In this document: in pieces, positions 48,660-57,708 of the stretch
Numbering within the stretch: the stretch's first letter is position 1
Layout of the letters: every line of letters starts with the position of its first letter
NCBI GenBank assembly: GCA_944393215.1
Contig: CALXZL010000002.1
Location: 71,239-135,238 of the forward strand
Length of the DNA: 64,000 nucleotides
Source of the DNA: an uncultured Alphaproteobacteria bacterium
GTDB lineage: Bacteria; Pseudomonadota; Alphaproteobacteria; RF32; CAG-239
Direction of reading: 5' to 3'
Program-made: the position numbers and the translations under genes
Notes under the pieces: model-generated
The model's input: only the letters and a program-made list of their open reading frames with translations
Databases searched by the model: none
What the model was told of the DNA's origin: nothing

Positions 48660-49532
48660 TTACAAACTTTCGGCACAAAGCAAAGCGCCTCCGATAATAC
48701 CGGCATCATTTTCAAATTCAGCCTCCCGTAATACAATCTGAGCCGCAACAATAGCCGCATTAACGTTTTTTTCCATAAGCGGATAATTAATAAAATGCGC
48801 CATAGATCCCCCTAATAACACAATATCAGGATCAAAAATACTGGCAAAGATTCGCACTCCTGTTTCCACCATATTTTGCCAACGTTCAAATACGGCAATA
48901 TCTTTATGATTATTTTCTTCCAAACCTTGAATAATATCATAACTTGTTTTGTTATCATCATTATATGCTTCTTTAGCATCCAGATTAAGGGCTGAACCGG
49001 ACATATAAACTTCCAAACAATCATAATTACCACATCCGCAGCGACGATGTTTATCTTGACGTACCGGAAAATGAGTTTCGCCGGCAGCTCCTGATTTTCC
49101 TTTTAAGAGTTTTCCGTCAACAACGATTCCCACACCGACACCGGTTCCCAAAGTAAGGAGGACCACATTATTCATATTTTTAGCATGACCGACCTTATAT
49201 TCCGCCCACACGGCAGAATTAGCATCATTTTCCACAAAAACTTTTTTCTTAGATAAAGCTTGAAAGTCAACATCACCGTAACCCTCAGGCAAATTTCCGA
49301 CCGAACCGGTAATCTTGGTATTTTGACTATCCACCGTACCGGCAGTAGATATGGCAACGGCATCAACTTCATCTTCATGCTGAGAAATAATCTTTTTCAA
49401 CAGCGCCACAATAGCTTCTGTTGTCGCCGGAGTTGAAAATTTCACTGTTTTTGAGGCGAGTTCACCGTTCTCAAACACCAAAGCGAAAGCAATTTTTGTA
49501 CCGCCGATATCAAAAGAAAGAATTTTTTTCAT
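48660..49532 (-). CDS. ROK-family sugar kinase
   Basis: DIGGTK, VENDANSA, LTLGTGVG, GETH, CGCG..DCLE. Confidence 0.92.
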   Translation of the reverse strand: MKKILSFDIGGTKIAFALVFENGELASKTVKFSTPATTEAIVALLKKIISQHEDEVDAVAISTAGTVDSQNTKITGSVGNLPEGYGDVDFQALSKKKVFVENDANSAVWAEYKVGHAKNMNNVVLLTLGTGVGVGIVVDGKLLKGKSGAAGETHFPVRQDKHRRCGCGNYDCLEVYMSGSALNLDAKEAYNDDNKTSYDIIQGLEENNHKDIAVFERWQNMVETGVRIFASIFDPDIVLLGGSMAHFINYPLMEKNVNAAIVAAQIVLREAEFENDAGIIGGALLCAESL

Positions 49533-49540
49533 TGCATCAC

Positions 49541-49819
49541 CTATTTATCATCAATAATTTCATACTCTGCATCAATAATATTATGTTTGTTACGAGAAGT
49601 TGTTTTAGCGATTCTCACATTAACTGAAGCCTCTTGCTGATTGCGGCGAATTAAAGAGACAATAAAAGAAGCCAAACCTGAAACAGCAATAATAAGCAAC
49701 AATACCGGTATTAAAATAGAAGCTAAATAAAACGCAAAGACTATCGCGAAAGCCCCTAAGGCGGACCAAAACACCAAGACCAACCAATCATTCAAATTTC
49801 TCATAAAAAAACACCTCAT
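49541..49819 (-). CDS. Small hypothetical membrane protein
   Basis: 2 TM segments and C-terminal IIDAEYEII. Confidence 0.7.
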   Translation of the reverse strand: MRCFFMRNLNDWLVLVFWSALGAFAIVFAFYLASILIPVLLLIIAVSGLASFIVSLIRRNQQEASVNVRIAKTTSRNKHNIIDAEYEIIDDK

Positions 49820-49955
49820 GCGATAGTTACAAACATATAATAAAGATAGTTATTTTTTTCCGAGCAATCAAGTAAAGAAAATTGAAAATTCATTGACAGA
49901 GGCAAAAAACGTGATAGTACCGAAATATAATTTTTATAAAGAGGAAAATAAAAAA

Positions 49956-50552
49956 ATGTTAGAAGAATTTAATTTACGCCAATTTTTAAGCGCCTTTGTT
50001 GTTTTGTTTGCAGTCATAGATGCCCCGGGTTCGATTCCTGTTATTTTAAAATTAAAACGCGGCGGCAAACAAATTCATGCCGAAAGAGCTGCAATTTTGT
50101 CATTAATCATGTTTTTAGGATTTTTTTACGTCGGAGAAGCTTTTTTAAATTTATTCAAATTAGATATTTCTTCCTTTGCGGTTGCCGGTTCTCTGATTAT
50201 TTTCATCATGGCATTGGAAATGATTTTAGATATTGACATTTTTCATGAACGTCCGGACATGCCCAAAGACGCCACCTTTATTCCGATAGTTTTTCCATTA
50301 TTTGCCGGAGCCGGTGCTCTCACGACCTTACTTTCAATTCGAGCTCAGTTTTCAGACATAAATATTATAACGGCAATCGTTGCAAATATTATTGTCATTT
50401 ACTGTGTGGTCAAAATGGCAAAGAAACTCAACGGTATCTTAGGTAACGGCGTTATCTACATGATGCAAAAATTCTTTGGCATTATCTTACTGGCAATTTC
50501 GGTCAAACTATTTACCGCCAACATAACAATTTTATTAGAAAATCTGAAATAA
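49956..50552 (+). CDS. MarC-family membrane protein
   Basis: LFAVID..G, SFAVAG, P..FPL.AG.G, FGIILLAISV; start at ATG 49956 after GAGG. Confidence 0.9.
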   Translation: MLEEFNLRQFLSAFVVLFAVIDAPGSIPVILKLKRGGKQIHAERAAILSLIMFLGFFYVGEAFLNLFKLDISSFAVAGSLIIFIMALEMILDIDIFHERPDMPKDATFIPIVFPLFAGAGALTTLLSIRAQFSDINIITAIVANIIVIYCVVKMAKKLNGILGNGVIYMMQKFFGIILLAISVKLFTANITILLENLK

Positions 50553-50588
50553 AAAAAAGCCCTCGAAAAATTCCGAGGGCTTGTTTTT
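50551..50588. terminator. Terminator between the convergent marC-like and terC-like genes
   Basis: AAGCCCTCG aaaaattc CGAGGGCTT flanked by A and T runs. Confidence 0.75.
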
Positions 50589-50605
50589 ATGATTCGAACG
50601 TAACA

Positions 50606-50724
50606 CTACCTGCGTAAGCAGGTAGATGTAGACATACCTGCCCAGCCGTTAGGCTTGCGAAGCCTTTGGGCAGGGCGAACGTAGTTCGGAACAGGTAATA
50701 CCACTTGCGTTAGCTAGTGGAAGT
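50606..50724. repeat. Palindromic element with two related terminal hairpins (REP or IS200/IS605-end-like)
   Basis: CTACCTGC gtaa GCAGGTAG (50606-50625) and CCACTTGC gtta GCTAGTGG (50701-50720) flank nested stems. Confidence 0.6.
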
Positions 50725-51687
50725 TTATTGTACCGACTTTCTGGTTTTGATTAACGATGCGGCAATTCCGATAAATAAAATCGAAAACGTTACGCAAAGC
50801 GAGTGCCAAGGCTGAATATTAACACCGCAATAAGGTAAGAAAATTTTCAACCCGATATAAATCAGAATAATCGACAAAGCCTGTTTCAAATATACAAACT
50901 TATGAACGGCAGCTTCCAACAAGAAGTATAATGCACGCAAGCCCAAAATAGCAAAGATATTGCTGGTATAAACAATAAACACATCTTGCGTAATCAAAAA
51001 GATTGCAGGAATACTGTCGAGAGCAAAAATCACATCCATGGTTTCAATAATCAAAAGAGCAAAGAACAACGGAGTGATATAGTGTTTTCCGTTTTCTTTA
51101 ACAAAGAAATGCTCGCCTCTGATTTCATGAGTAACATGGAAAAACTTGGAAAGAACGGCATAAAGTTTAGTATCTTTAAGCTCCTTTTTTTCTTCCTTTT
51201 CGGGGAGAACCATTTTGGCACCGGTATAAACAAGAAATGCCGAGAAAATATACAACACCCAGTGGAAGTTTGAGATAAGAGCTTCACCAAGAAAGATGAG
51301 TATGGCACGCATAATAAGTGCGCCTAAGATTCCCCAAAAAAGAACACGGTGTTGATACATACGCGGCACACCGAGAGATGAAAAGATGATAGACATAATA
51401 AAGATATTATCCAAAGACAAACTTTTCTCGACCAAAAATCCGGTAAAGAAAAGCATACCTTTATCAACACCCTCTTCATACATTACAAAGACACCAAACA
51501 ACAGCGCCGCCAAAATATAAATAATGCACAAGACAAGCGTATGCATAAAGTTAGGGACTTCGTTTTTTCGGTTAAAGAACAATAAATCCCACAAAAGCAA
51601 AACAATAACGGCAATACCGAAAATCACCCACAGCCAAGACTCCGGCAACACCGGATGATTAGTAAAAAAATCTTGTAATTTTTCCAT
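50725..51687 (-). CDS. TerC/Alx-family metal-homeostasis membrane protein
   Basis: EKSLSLDNIF, QHRVLFWGILGALIMR, DVIFALDSIPA, SNIFAILGLRALY. Confidence 0.93.
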   Translation of the reverse strand: MEKLQDFFTNHPVLPESWLWVIFGIAVIVLLLWDLLFFNRKNEVPNFMHTLVLCIIYILAALLFGVFVMYEEGVDKGMLFFTGFLVEKSLSLDNIFIMSIIFSSLGVPRMYQHRVLFWGILGALIMRAILIFLGEALISNFHWVLYIFSAFLVYTGAKMVLPEKEEKKELKDTKLYAVLSKFFHVTHEIRGEHFFVKENGKHYITPLFFALLIIETMDVIFALDSIPAIFLITQDVFIVYTSNIFAILGLRALYFLLEAAVHKFVYLKQALSIILIYIGLKIFLPYCGVNIQPWHSLCVTFSILFIGIAASLIKTRKSVQ

Positions 51688-51701
51688 AATATAATCCTAA
51701 A

Positions 51702-53327
51702 CTATTTTTGTTGACATGAGGCAAAAATATCATACTTAACATCATAAGCAGAAGTTTTTACCCCCATTAAACCGAGAAAAGAGTGAAATAAATTATCATG
51801 AGAAAATTCTTGAGATAATTTAGACTTCAAACAACTGCGGTTAATTTTAAAGGTTTGAGCAAATTCATCATTAAACCACACAAGCATCGGAACCTTAATT
51901 TGTTCTTCCGGTGCAATCATATAAGGAGCTGCATGGAGATAGATATTATTTTCCCCGAGAGATTCACCATGATCGGAGACATAGAGCATAAAAGTATTAT
52001 ACTTAGAGCTCAAAGTCTGAAGCTTTTGGATAAGATCAGCCAAATTTTGGCTGGTATAATAAATGGTATTATCATAGACATTGGTAATTTCTTCACGAGA
52101 ACACTTATCCAAACGCTCGGTTGCACAATTAGGCACAAATTTTTCGGCAGATTTCGGATAGCGTTTATAATAAGTCGGACCATGGCTTCCGAGCTGGTGC
52201 AAGACCACAAACATATCCCGATTTTCCAGAGACACACGTTCGGCAAAACCGTCAATAAGAATATCATCAAAGCAAGTATTTTTTTTACAAAGCATTTGAG
52301 ATTCGACGCGAGAACAAATTCCTTTACATCCGGTAACATTACCGCGCCACCATACTTTATAACCGGCACGTTGTACAACATCGAGCAAATTTTCGCTATA
52401 TTCGGATTCAGACTTATCAAAATCCTTACGTCCGTCAGCTGAAAACATACAAGGAAGAGAAACAGCAGTAGAAGTTCCGCAAGATGCAACATTTTGAAAA
52501 CTAAATAAATTTGTTTCAAAAGGCATCAGCGGTTCGTTAGTAGGTTTTTCATAACCATTTAAAGAAAAATTAGCAGCACGAGCCGTTTCACCGACCACAA
52601 AGACAAAAAGATTGGGCTTAGCATTATTATTCCAATAAGGAGACAAAGTAGCATCGGCACCAATTTTAATAAGTTCCTTAGGGCGCGATTTCAACATTTT
52701 TTTAGAAACGGAAATCACGGCACTGACATAATTAACCGGAACCAAAAGATATTTGATTGGCTTATTATTGCGCAAAAACTGCGCAGTTTCTTTATATCCT
52801 GAGGCAATAATGGCAGCAGAAACAAGAACAGCAACCAAAATAACGACCAATTTTTTAACCACCTCGCGCCCAAAGGAGGAATAACGGATCTCTGTTTTAT
52901 AAATGATCCAAGACGGTAAAACCGCCAAAAATAAAAACATCAGAAGCATGTCCCAATTAAGCAGAGCCAAAGCTTCTTGAACATCTGTTTCCAACACATT
53001 TAAGAGCATCACCTTATCAAATGCCACATGATAAACATACATAAAATAAAAAACAGAGGCATTAAGGATAGTGAAAATGATTGCCAAAGGTTTTGTCGTA
53101 TGTTTCCAAAACAACAAAGCGCAAGCCACATTCATCAACAAAAACAGAACCAAAATAAGCAAAGAAACAAAAGTTGAGCTGGGATAAATATCCCAAAGTT
53201 TTTCAAAAAAGATTTTATTATAAACAAACAACGTGAACAAAGAAAACACGGCATTAAAAACAACCGAATTTGTCTGCCAAAAAAACTTTTGAGAAAACAG
53301 GGTTGATAATTTAGAAAAAAAGCGCAT
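51702..53327 (-). CDS. eptA: Lipid A phosphoethanolamine transferase
   Basis: 5 TM segments, VVGETARA, SCGTSTAVSLPCMFS, GSHGPTYY.RYP, YDNT, SDHGESLGE, YLHAAPY. Confidence 0.92.
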   Translation of the reverse strand: MRFFSKLSTLFSQKFFWQTNSVVFNAVFSLFTLFVYNKIFFEKLWDIYPSSTFVSLLILVLFLLMNVACALLFWKHTTKPLAIIFTILNASVFYFMYVYHVAFDKVMLLNVLETDVQEALALLNWDMLLMFLFLAVLPSWIIYKTEIRYSSFGREVVKKLVVILVAVLVSAAIIASGYKETAQFLRNNKPIKYLLVPVNYVSAVISVSKKMLKSRPKELIKIGADATLSPYWNNNAKPNLFVFVVGETARAANFSLNGYEKPTNEPLMPFETNLFSFQNVASCGTSTAVSLPCMFSADGRKDFDKSESEYSENLLDVVQRAGYKVWWRGNVTGCKGICSRVESQMLCKKNTCFDDILIDGFAERVSLENRDMFVVLHQLGSHGPTYYKRYPKSAEKFVPNCATERLDKCSREEITNVYDNTIYYTSQNLADLIQKLQTLSSKYNTFMLYVSDHGESLGENNIYLHAAPYMIAPEEQIKVPMLVWFNDEFAQTFKINRSCLKSKLSQEFSHDNLFHSFLGLMGVKTSAYDVKYDIFASCQQK

Positions 53328-53469
53328 TTTTCAATCCTTAAGAAATTTATCTTTTCAAAAGATACAAGATGTGTATAATAAGTGTACAAAAACTTTTGAT
53401 TTATACACTATCTTTACTTTTTGTTTTTAGAATATTGCCAATATAAAACAAAACTTAAGGAACGCTTAA

Positions 53470-54639
53470 ATGGACAGTGGAATATGTCTTCACAATGCAA
53501 CAGTCTTGACCGGATTTTCGGTCATGGAGAATTGTGCGGTTTATATAAAAAACAATAAGATAGCAGATGTTTTCAGCGAAAAACGTTTTCTTGAAAAGAA
53601 ATTTTCCCCCAAAGTTCAAATCATCAATGTCAACGGTTCATATATTGCTCCCGGGTTAATTGACACTCACATCCATGGGATTGGAGGATTCGGAACGGAT
53701 GACGGCATGGCGGATTCGATATTAAAGATGTCGGAAATTTTACCCAAATATGGCGTAACATCATTTATTCCGACACTATATGCCGCCAAAGAAGAAGAGA
53801 TGCTCAAAAATATCAAAGCCGTGGTAAAAGCCATTGGCAAAGAAAAAGGAGCCCATATATTAGGGATGCATTTGGAGGGACCTTTCATATCCAAAGAGCG
53901 TTTGGGGGTTCAACCGGAAGATGCGGTCAGTCCGGTCAGCATAGAATTAATGGAAAAATTTTACAAAGCTGCCAAAGGACATATCATCAACATGACGGTT
54001 GCTCCGGAATTAAAAAACATGCGGAGTTTAGCCTTATGGTGCATTTCCAAAGGTATTATCCTACAAGCCGGGCACACCAACGCCACTTATGCCCAAATGG
54101 TTGAAGGCATGCAAGCAAGAATAATGCACATCACGCATTTGTTCAATGCCATGAGCCGCATGCATCATCGCGATCCAGGGGCGGTAGGAGCAGTATTTAT
54201 TCATCCGGAAATGTCGTGTGAATTTATTGCCGACGGAATTCATATTGATGCCAATCTGATAAAACTTCTGTTTCAGTTCAAACCGCTTGATAAGTTGGTA
54301 ATGGTTACCGATTCGCTCAAACCGACCAAACAACGCGCCAAAGTTTTATATGCCAACAATGAAGAAGTATATTTGAACAAATGTTTTTACAGAAAAAGCG
54401 ATGATGTGATAGCGGGTTCGGCAATGACCATGATAGACGGTGTAAAAAATTTGGTTGATTGGGGCTTAAACTTAGAACAAGCCATAAGAGTATCATCACC
54501 GAGTCCGGCAGAAATATTAAAAATTCAAAACAAAGGGTATGTTGCCCCCGGTTATGATGCCGATTTGATTATTTTTAATGAAGATTTCGGTAAAATCAAC
54601 GCCATAATAGATGGAAAACTTTATAAGGGAGAAAAGTAA
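53470..54639 (+). CDS. nagA: N-acetylglucosamine-6-phosphate deacetylase
   Basis: [42 protein letters not shown]. Confidence 0.95.
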   Translation: MDSGICLHNATVLTGFSVMENCAVYIKNNKIADVFSEKRFLEKKFSPKVQIINVNGSYIAPGLIDTHIHGIGGFGTDDGMADSILKMSEILPKYGVTSFIPTLYAAKEEEMLKNIKAVVKAIGKEKGAHILGMHLEGPFISKERLGVQPEDAVSPVSIELMEKFYKAAKGHIINMTVAPELKNMRSLALWCISKGIILQAGHTNATYAQMVEGMQARIMHITHLFNAMSRMHHRDPGAVGAVFIHPEMSCEFIADGIHIDANLIKLLFQFKPLDKLVMVTDSLKPTKQRAKVLYANNEEVYLNKCFYRKSDDVIAGSAMTMIDGVKNLVDWGLNLEQAIRVSSPSPAEILKIQNKGYVAPGYDADLIIFNEDFGKINAIIDGKLYKGEK

Positions 54640-55436
54640 TGCGAGTCATCATCAAAAAAAGCTACGACGAATGTGCCAAATGGACAGCCAATTATATTGC
54701 AGATAAAATAAAACGCTTTCGCCCAACGGCAGACAAGCCCTTTGTTTTGGGTTTGCCGACAGGTTCAACTCCTTTGGGTGTATATAAAGAACTGATTGAA
54801 ATATTCAAAAAAGGCAAAGTTTCCTTTGCCAATGTAATCACGTTTAATATGGATGAATATATCGGGCTTGATGCCAAACATCCGCAAAGCTATCACTATT
54901 TTATGTGGGAAAATTTCTTTTCACACATTGATATCAAAAAAGCCAATGTTCACATTTTGGATGGTATGACCAAAAACTATGCCAAAGAATGTCAAGATTA
55001 TGAAGATGCCATCAAAAGCTATGGCAAAATTCATCTATTTTTAGGCGGTGTCGGCTCAGACGGACATATTGCCTTCAATGAACCCGGTTCATCATTAAGC
55101 TCACGCACACGTATCAAAACCCTGACACAAGAAACCATTAAAGCCAATTCCCGCTTTTTTGAAAATGACATCAACAAAGTCCCCGGCACGGCATTAACGG
55201 TAGGTATCGGAACAATCATGGATGCGGAAGAAGTCTTAATCATGGCAACAGGCTCCAACAAAGCCCGAGCTTTACATCATGCCATTGAGGGCAGCATCAA
55301 TCACATGTGGCCGGTCAGCATTGTACAAATGCATCAACACGGAATTATTGTCTGTGATGATGACGCCACCAGCGAGCTGAAAGCTGATACGGTCAAATAT
55401 TTCAAAGAGATTGAAGGCTCCAAAATGAGAAAATAG
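54639..55436 (+). CDS. nagB: Glucosamine-6-phosphate deaminase
   Basis: [38 protein letters not shown]. Confidence 0.96.
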   Translation: MRVIIKKSYDECAKWTANYIADKIKRFRPTADKPFVLGLPTGSTPLGVYKELIEIFKKGKVSFANVITFNMDEYIGLDAKHPQSYHYFMWENFFSHIDIKKANVHILDGMTKNYAKECQDYEDAIKSYGKIHLFLGGVGSDGHIAFNEPGSSLSSRTRIKTLTQETIKANSRFFENDINKVPGTALTVGIGTIMDAEEVLIMATGSNKARALHHAIEGSINHMWPVSIVQMHQHGIIVCDDDATSELKADTVKYFKEIEGSKMRK

Positions 55437-55457
55437 TTTTGAATATAAGACAAAAAG

Positions 55458-55488
55458 AAAAAGCTCTCGATTTCGAGAGCTTTTTTTA
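55458..55488. terminator. Bidirectional terminator
   Basis: AAAAAGCTCTCG attt CGAGAGCTTTTTTTT. Confidence 0.85.
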
Positions 55489-55496
55489 TAAAACGC

Positions 55497-56327
55497 TTAT
55501 TTCAACCAATATTCAATGGTAGAAACAACTCTGACTTTCTTCTCAATTTGCGAAGCTTCGGAAACACCGGCTGTTTGCTCGGAGGGCAAAATTGAAAAGA
55601 CGCCTTGATTGGCATATTTAATCTTACCGACGGTAGAATTTGAGCTTTTGGCAAATTCTTGTGCCGAAGCTTCAGCATTTTTGGTCGCTTCTTCAAGCAT
55701 TTTGGGTTTAATGTCATTAAGTTTGGTAAACACATAAGAAACCGGTGTGCCGTATTGATTTTCAAAAACAATGCCCTGAGCAATCAAATCTCCGGTTTTA
55801 CCTAAACTATTTGCCACCAAATCCACCTTTTGCGAACGAACGGTAATGGTTTGATTCAAAATGTAGCGAGATGTTGCCGCCCCTTCATTACGGTAAGGAT
55901 TAGCCATCAAGTCGTTGGTGTTGATTGATTCAACAATGATTTCTTCATCGCTAAAGCCTTGTTGTTTTAAGAAGGAAACAATGGTCTGTGCTTTTTGCGC
56001 AATTTCTTGTTGTGCAATCGACAAATCATTGTTGGTAACCACAAATTTCAAATCCCAAACTGCCAAATCGGCACGTACCGGCATTTCCGACAAACCTTTA
56101 ACCGTCACAAAGTTTGCGTTCAGTTTGGTTTGATAGTAATAATACCCGGGAAAAAAGCCACCGGCGCACAAACCGGCCCCGATAAGCAAAGCCGAAAAAA
56201 CGCGAGAAAAACCTTTACCGCCGCATTTGCATTTTTTTCCGCAAGAACATCCGCAAGTGCAAGGTTTGCCTTCATTACATCCGCAAGTGCAGTCCGGACC
56301 GCAAGAACAAGTCTTTTTATCTTCCAT
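55497..56327 (-). CDS. SIMPL (DUF541) protein with a Cys-rich metallothionein-like N-terminus
   Basis: VTVKGLSE..V.ADLA.W, LN.IKP.ML.EAT, A.QGVF.I, KKVRVVSTI; N-terminal CSCGPDCTCGC...CTCGCSCGKKCKC. Confidence 0.88.
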   Translation of the reverse strand: MEDKKTCSCGPDCTCGCNEGKPCTCGCSCGKKCKCGGKGFSRVFSALLIGAGLCAGGFFPGYYYYQTKLNANFVTVKGLSEMPVRADLAVWDLKFVVTNNDLSIAQQEIAQKAQTIVSFLKQQGFSDEEIIVESINTNDLMANPYRNEGAATSRYILNQTITVRSQKVDLVANSLGKTGDLIAQGIVFENQYGTPVSYVFTKLNDIKPKMLEEATKNAEASAQEFAKSSNSTVGKIKYANQGVFSILPSEQTAGVSEASQIEKKVRVVSTIEYWLK

Positions 56328-56338
56328 AATTTTCTCCT

Positions 56339-57649
56339 TTAATTTTTAGCAATTTGACCGATACAATAATATTCAAACCCGTTTTTAACTGCTTCTTCCT
56401 GATTGATAATATTACGCAGATCCACAATACAAGGGCTCAAGACTTCATGTTTTAATTTAGAAAAATCAATATTTCTGAAATCTTCCCACTCGGTTAAAAC
56501 GGCAATCACTTCGGCATCTTTGCAAGCTTGATAAATGTCGGTAGCATAATCCACATTTTCAATCAGAAGTTTGCGTGCATTATCAAGGGCTTTAGGATCA
56601 TAAACACAAATATTTCGATTAATTTTAAGCATATCGCGCACAATATCCATGGCAGGAGATTCACGGCAATCATCCGTGCCGCCTTTGAAAGCCAAACCCA
56701 AAACGGCAACCCGTCCCTTGGCTCTATCGGAAAGATGAGATAAAATACGTTCTGCCATTTCGGCTTTACGTTCATCATTTTTGGCAATGGTTGTTTCAAT
56801 CAAATGCAAATGAACACCAAATTTTTTAGCCATTTGCGCCATGGCATTGGTATCTTTGGGAAAACAAGAGCCACCGTATCCGGGACCGGGATTCAAAAAT
56901 TTCTTGCCGATACGGGAATCCAAACCCATACCTTGTGCCACTTCTTTAATATCGGCACCCGATTTTTCGCAGAAATTTGCCATTTCATTAATATAATGAA
57001 TTTTCATGGCAAGAAAGGCATTAGAGGCATATTTGATTGTTTCGGAAGAGCGACGTTTCACAAACAAAAATTGTGTTTTGTTTTCAAAGGGTTGATAAAG
57101 TTTTTTCATAACTTCGCGGGCTTTATCGCTGTTAGCCCCGACCACAATTCTGTCCGGATTAAAGAAGTCATGAATAGCAAAACCTTCCCGTAAAAACTCG
57201 GGCAAAGAAATCACATCAAAATCAGCGGTTGGGTTGACTTTGCGGATAATGGCTTCCACATCGTCACCGGTACCGACCGGAACGGTAGACTTAACCGCCA
57301 CCACGGTATAACCGTCAAGATATTCCGCCAATTCATAAGCGGCAGCATGAATATATTGCATATCGGCTTCTTTGGTAAAAGGATGCGGCGGCGTACCGAC
57401 GGCAATCATAACAATATCGGCAGACGCAACAGCTTCCTTCATTTGGGTGGTAAATTTGATACGTCCGGCATGGACGTTTTTTTCAAAAAGTTCGGCAAGA
57501 CCGTCTTCAAAAATGGTCAATTTTCCGGAAGATAAAGCTGAAACTTTATTTTCATCTTTATCAACGCAAACAACATCATTTCCAAGTTCGGCAAGACCGA
57601 CACCGGTCGGAAGCCCAACATACCCTGTTCCGATAATAGCAATTTTCAT
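56339..57649 (-). CDS. ugd: UDP-glucose 6-dehydrogenase
   Basis: IGTGYVGL, AVGTP, KSTVPVG, PEFLREG, GYGGSCFPKD, DCRESP. Confidence 0.93.
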   Translation of the reverse strand: MKIAIIGTGYVGLPTGVGLAELGNDVVCVDKDENKVSALSSGKLTIFEDGLAELFEKNVHAGRIKFTTQMKEAVASADIVMIAVGTPPHPFTKEADMQYIHAAAYELAEYLDGYTVVAVKSTVPVGTGDDVEAIIRKVNPTADFDVISLPEFLREGFAIHDFFNPDRIVVGANSDKAREVMKKLYQPFENKTQFLFVKRRSSETIKYASNAFLAMKIHYINEMANFCEKSGADIKEVAQGMGLDSRIGKKFLNPGPGYGGSCFPKDTNAMAQMAKKFGVHLHLIETTIAKNDERKAEMAERILSHLSDRAKGRVAVLGLAFKGGTDDCRESPAMDIVRDMLKINRNICVYDPKALDNARKLLIENVDYATDIYQACKDAEVIAVLTEWEDFRNIDFSKLKHEVLSPCIVDLRNIINQEEAVKNGFEYYCIGQIAKN

Positions 57650-57708
57650 GATATTTCCTTTCTGCAATTTTTTTACACTATAGCAAAGAGGATACGGATT
57701 ACCACCAT

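Noticed and set aside
48309-48760. ORFs 48309-48731 and 48518-48760
   Set aside because: They run across the tRNA duplicate, terminator and ncRNA candidate; likely spurious
51688-51701. yybP-ykoY manganese riboswitch upstream of the TerC/Alx gene
   Set aside because: Only 14 nt separate it from eptA, so there is no room
51702-53327. Mobile colistin resistance gene (mcr)
   Set aside because: Motifs are those of the whole EptA family; chromosomal context without IS or PAP2 gene; cannot be assigned to mcr without a search
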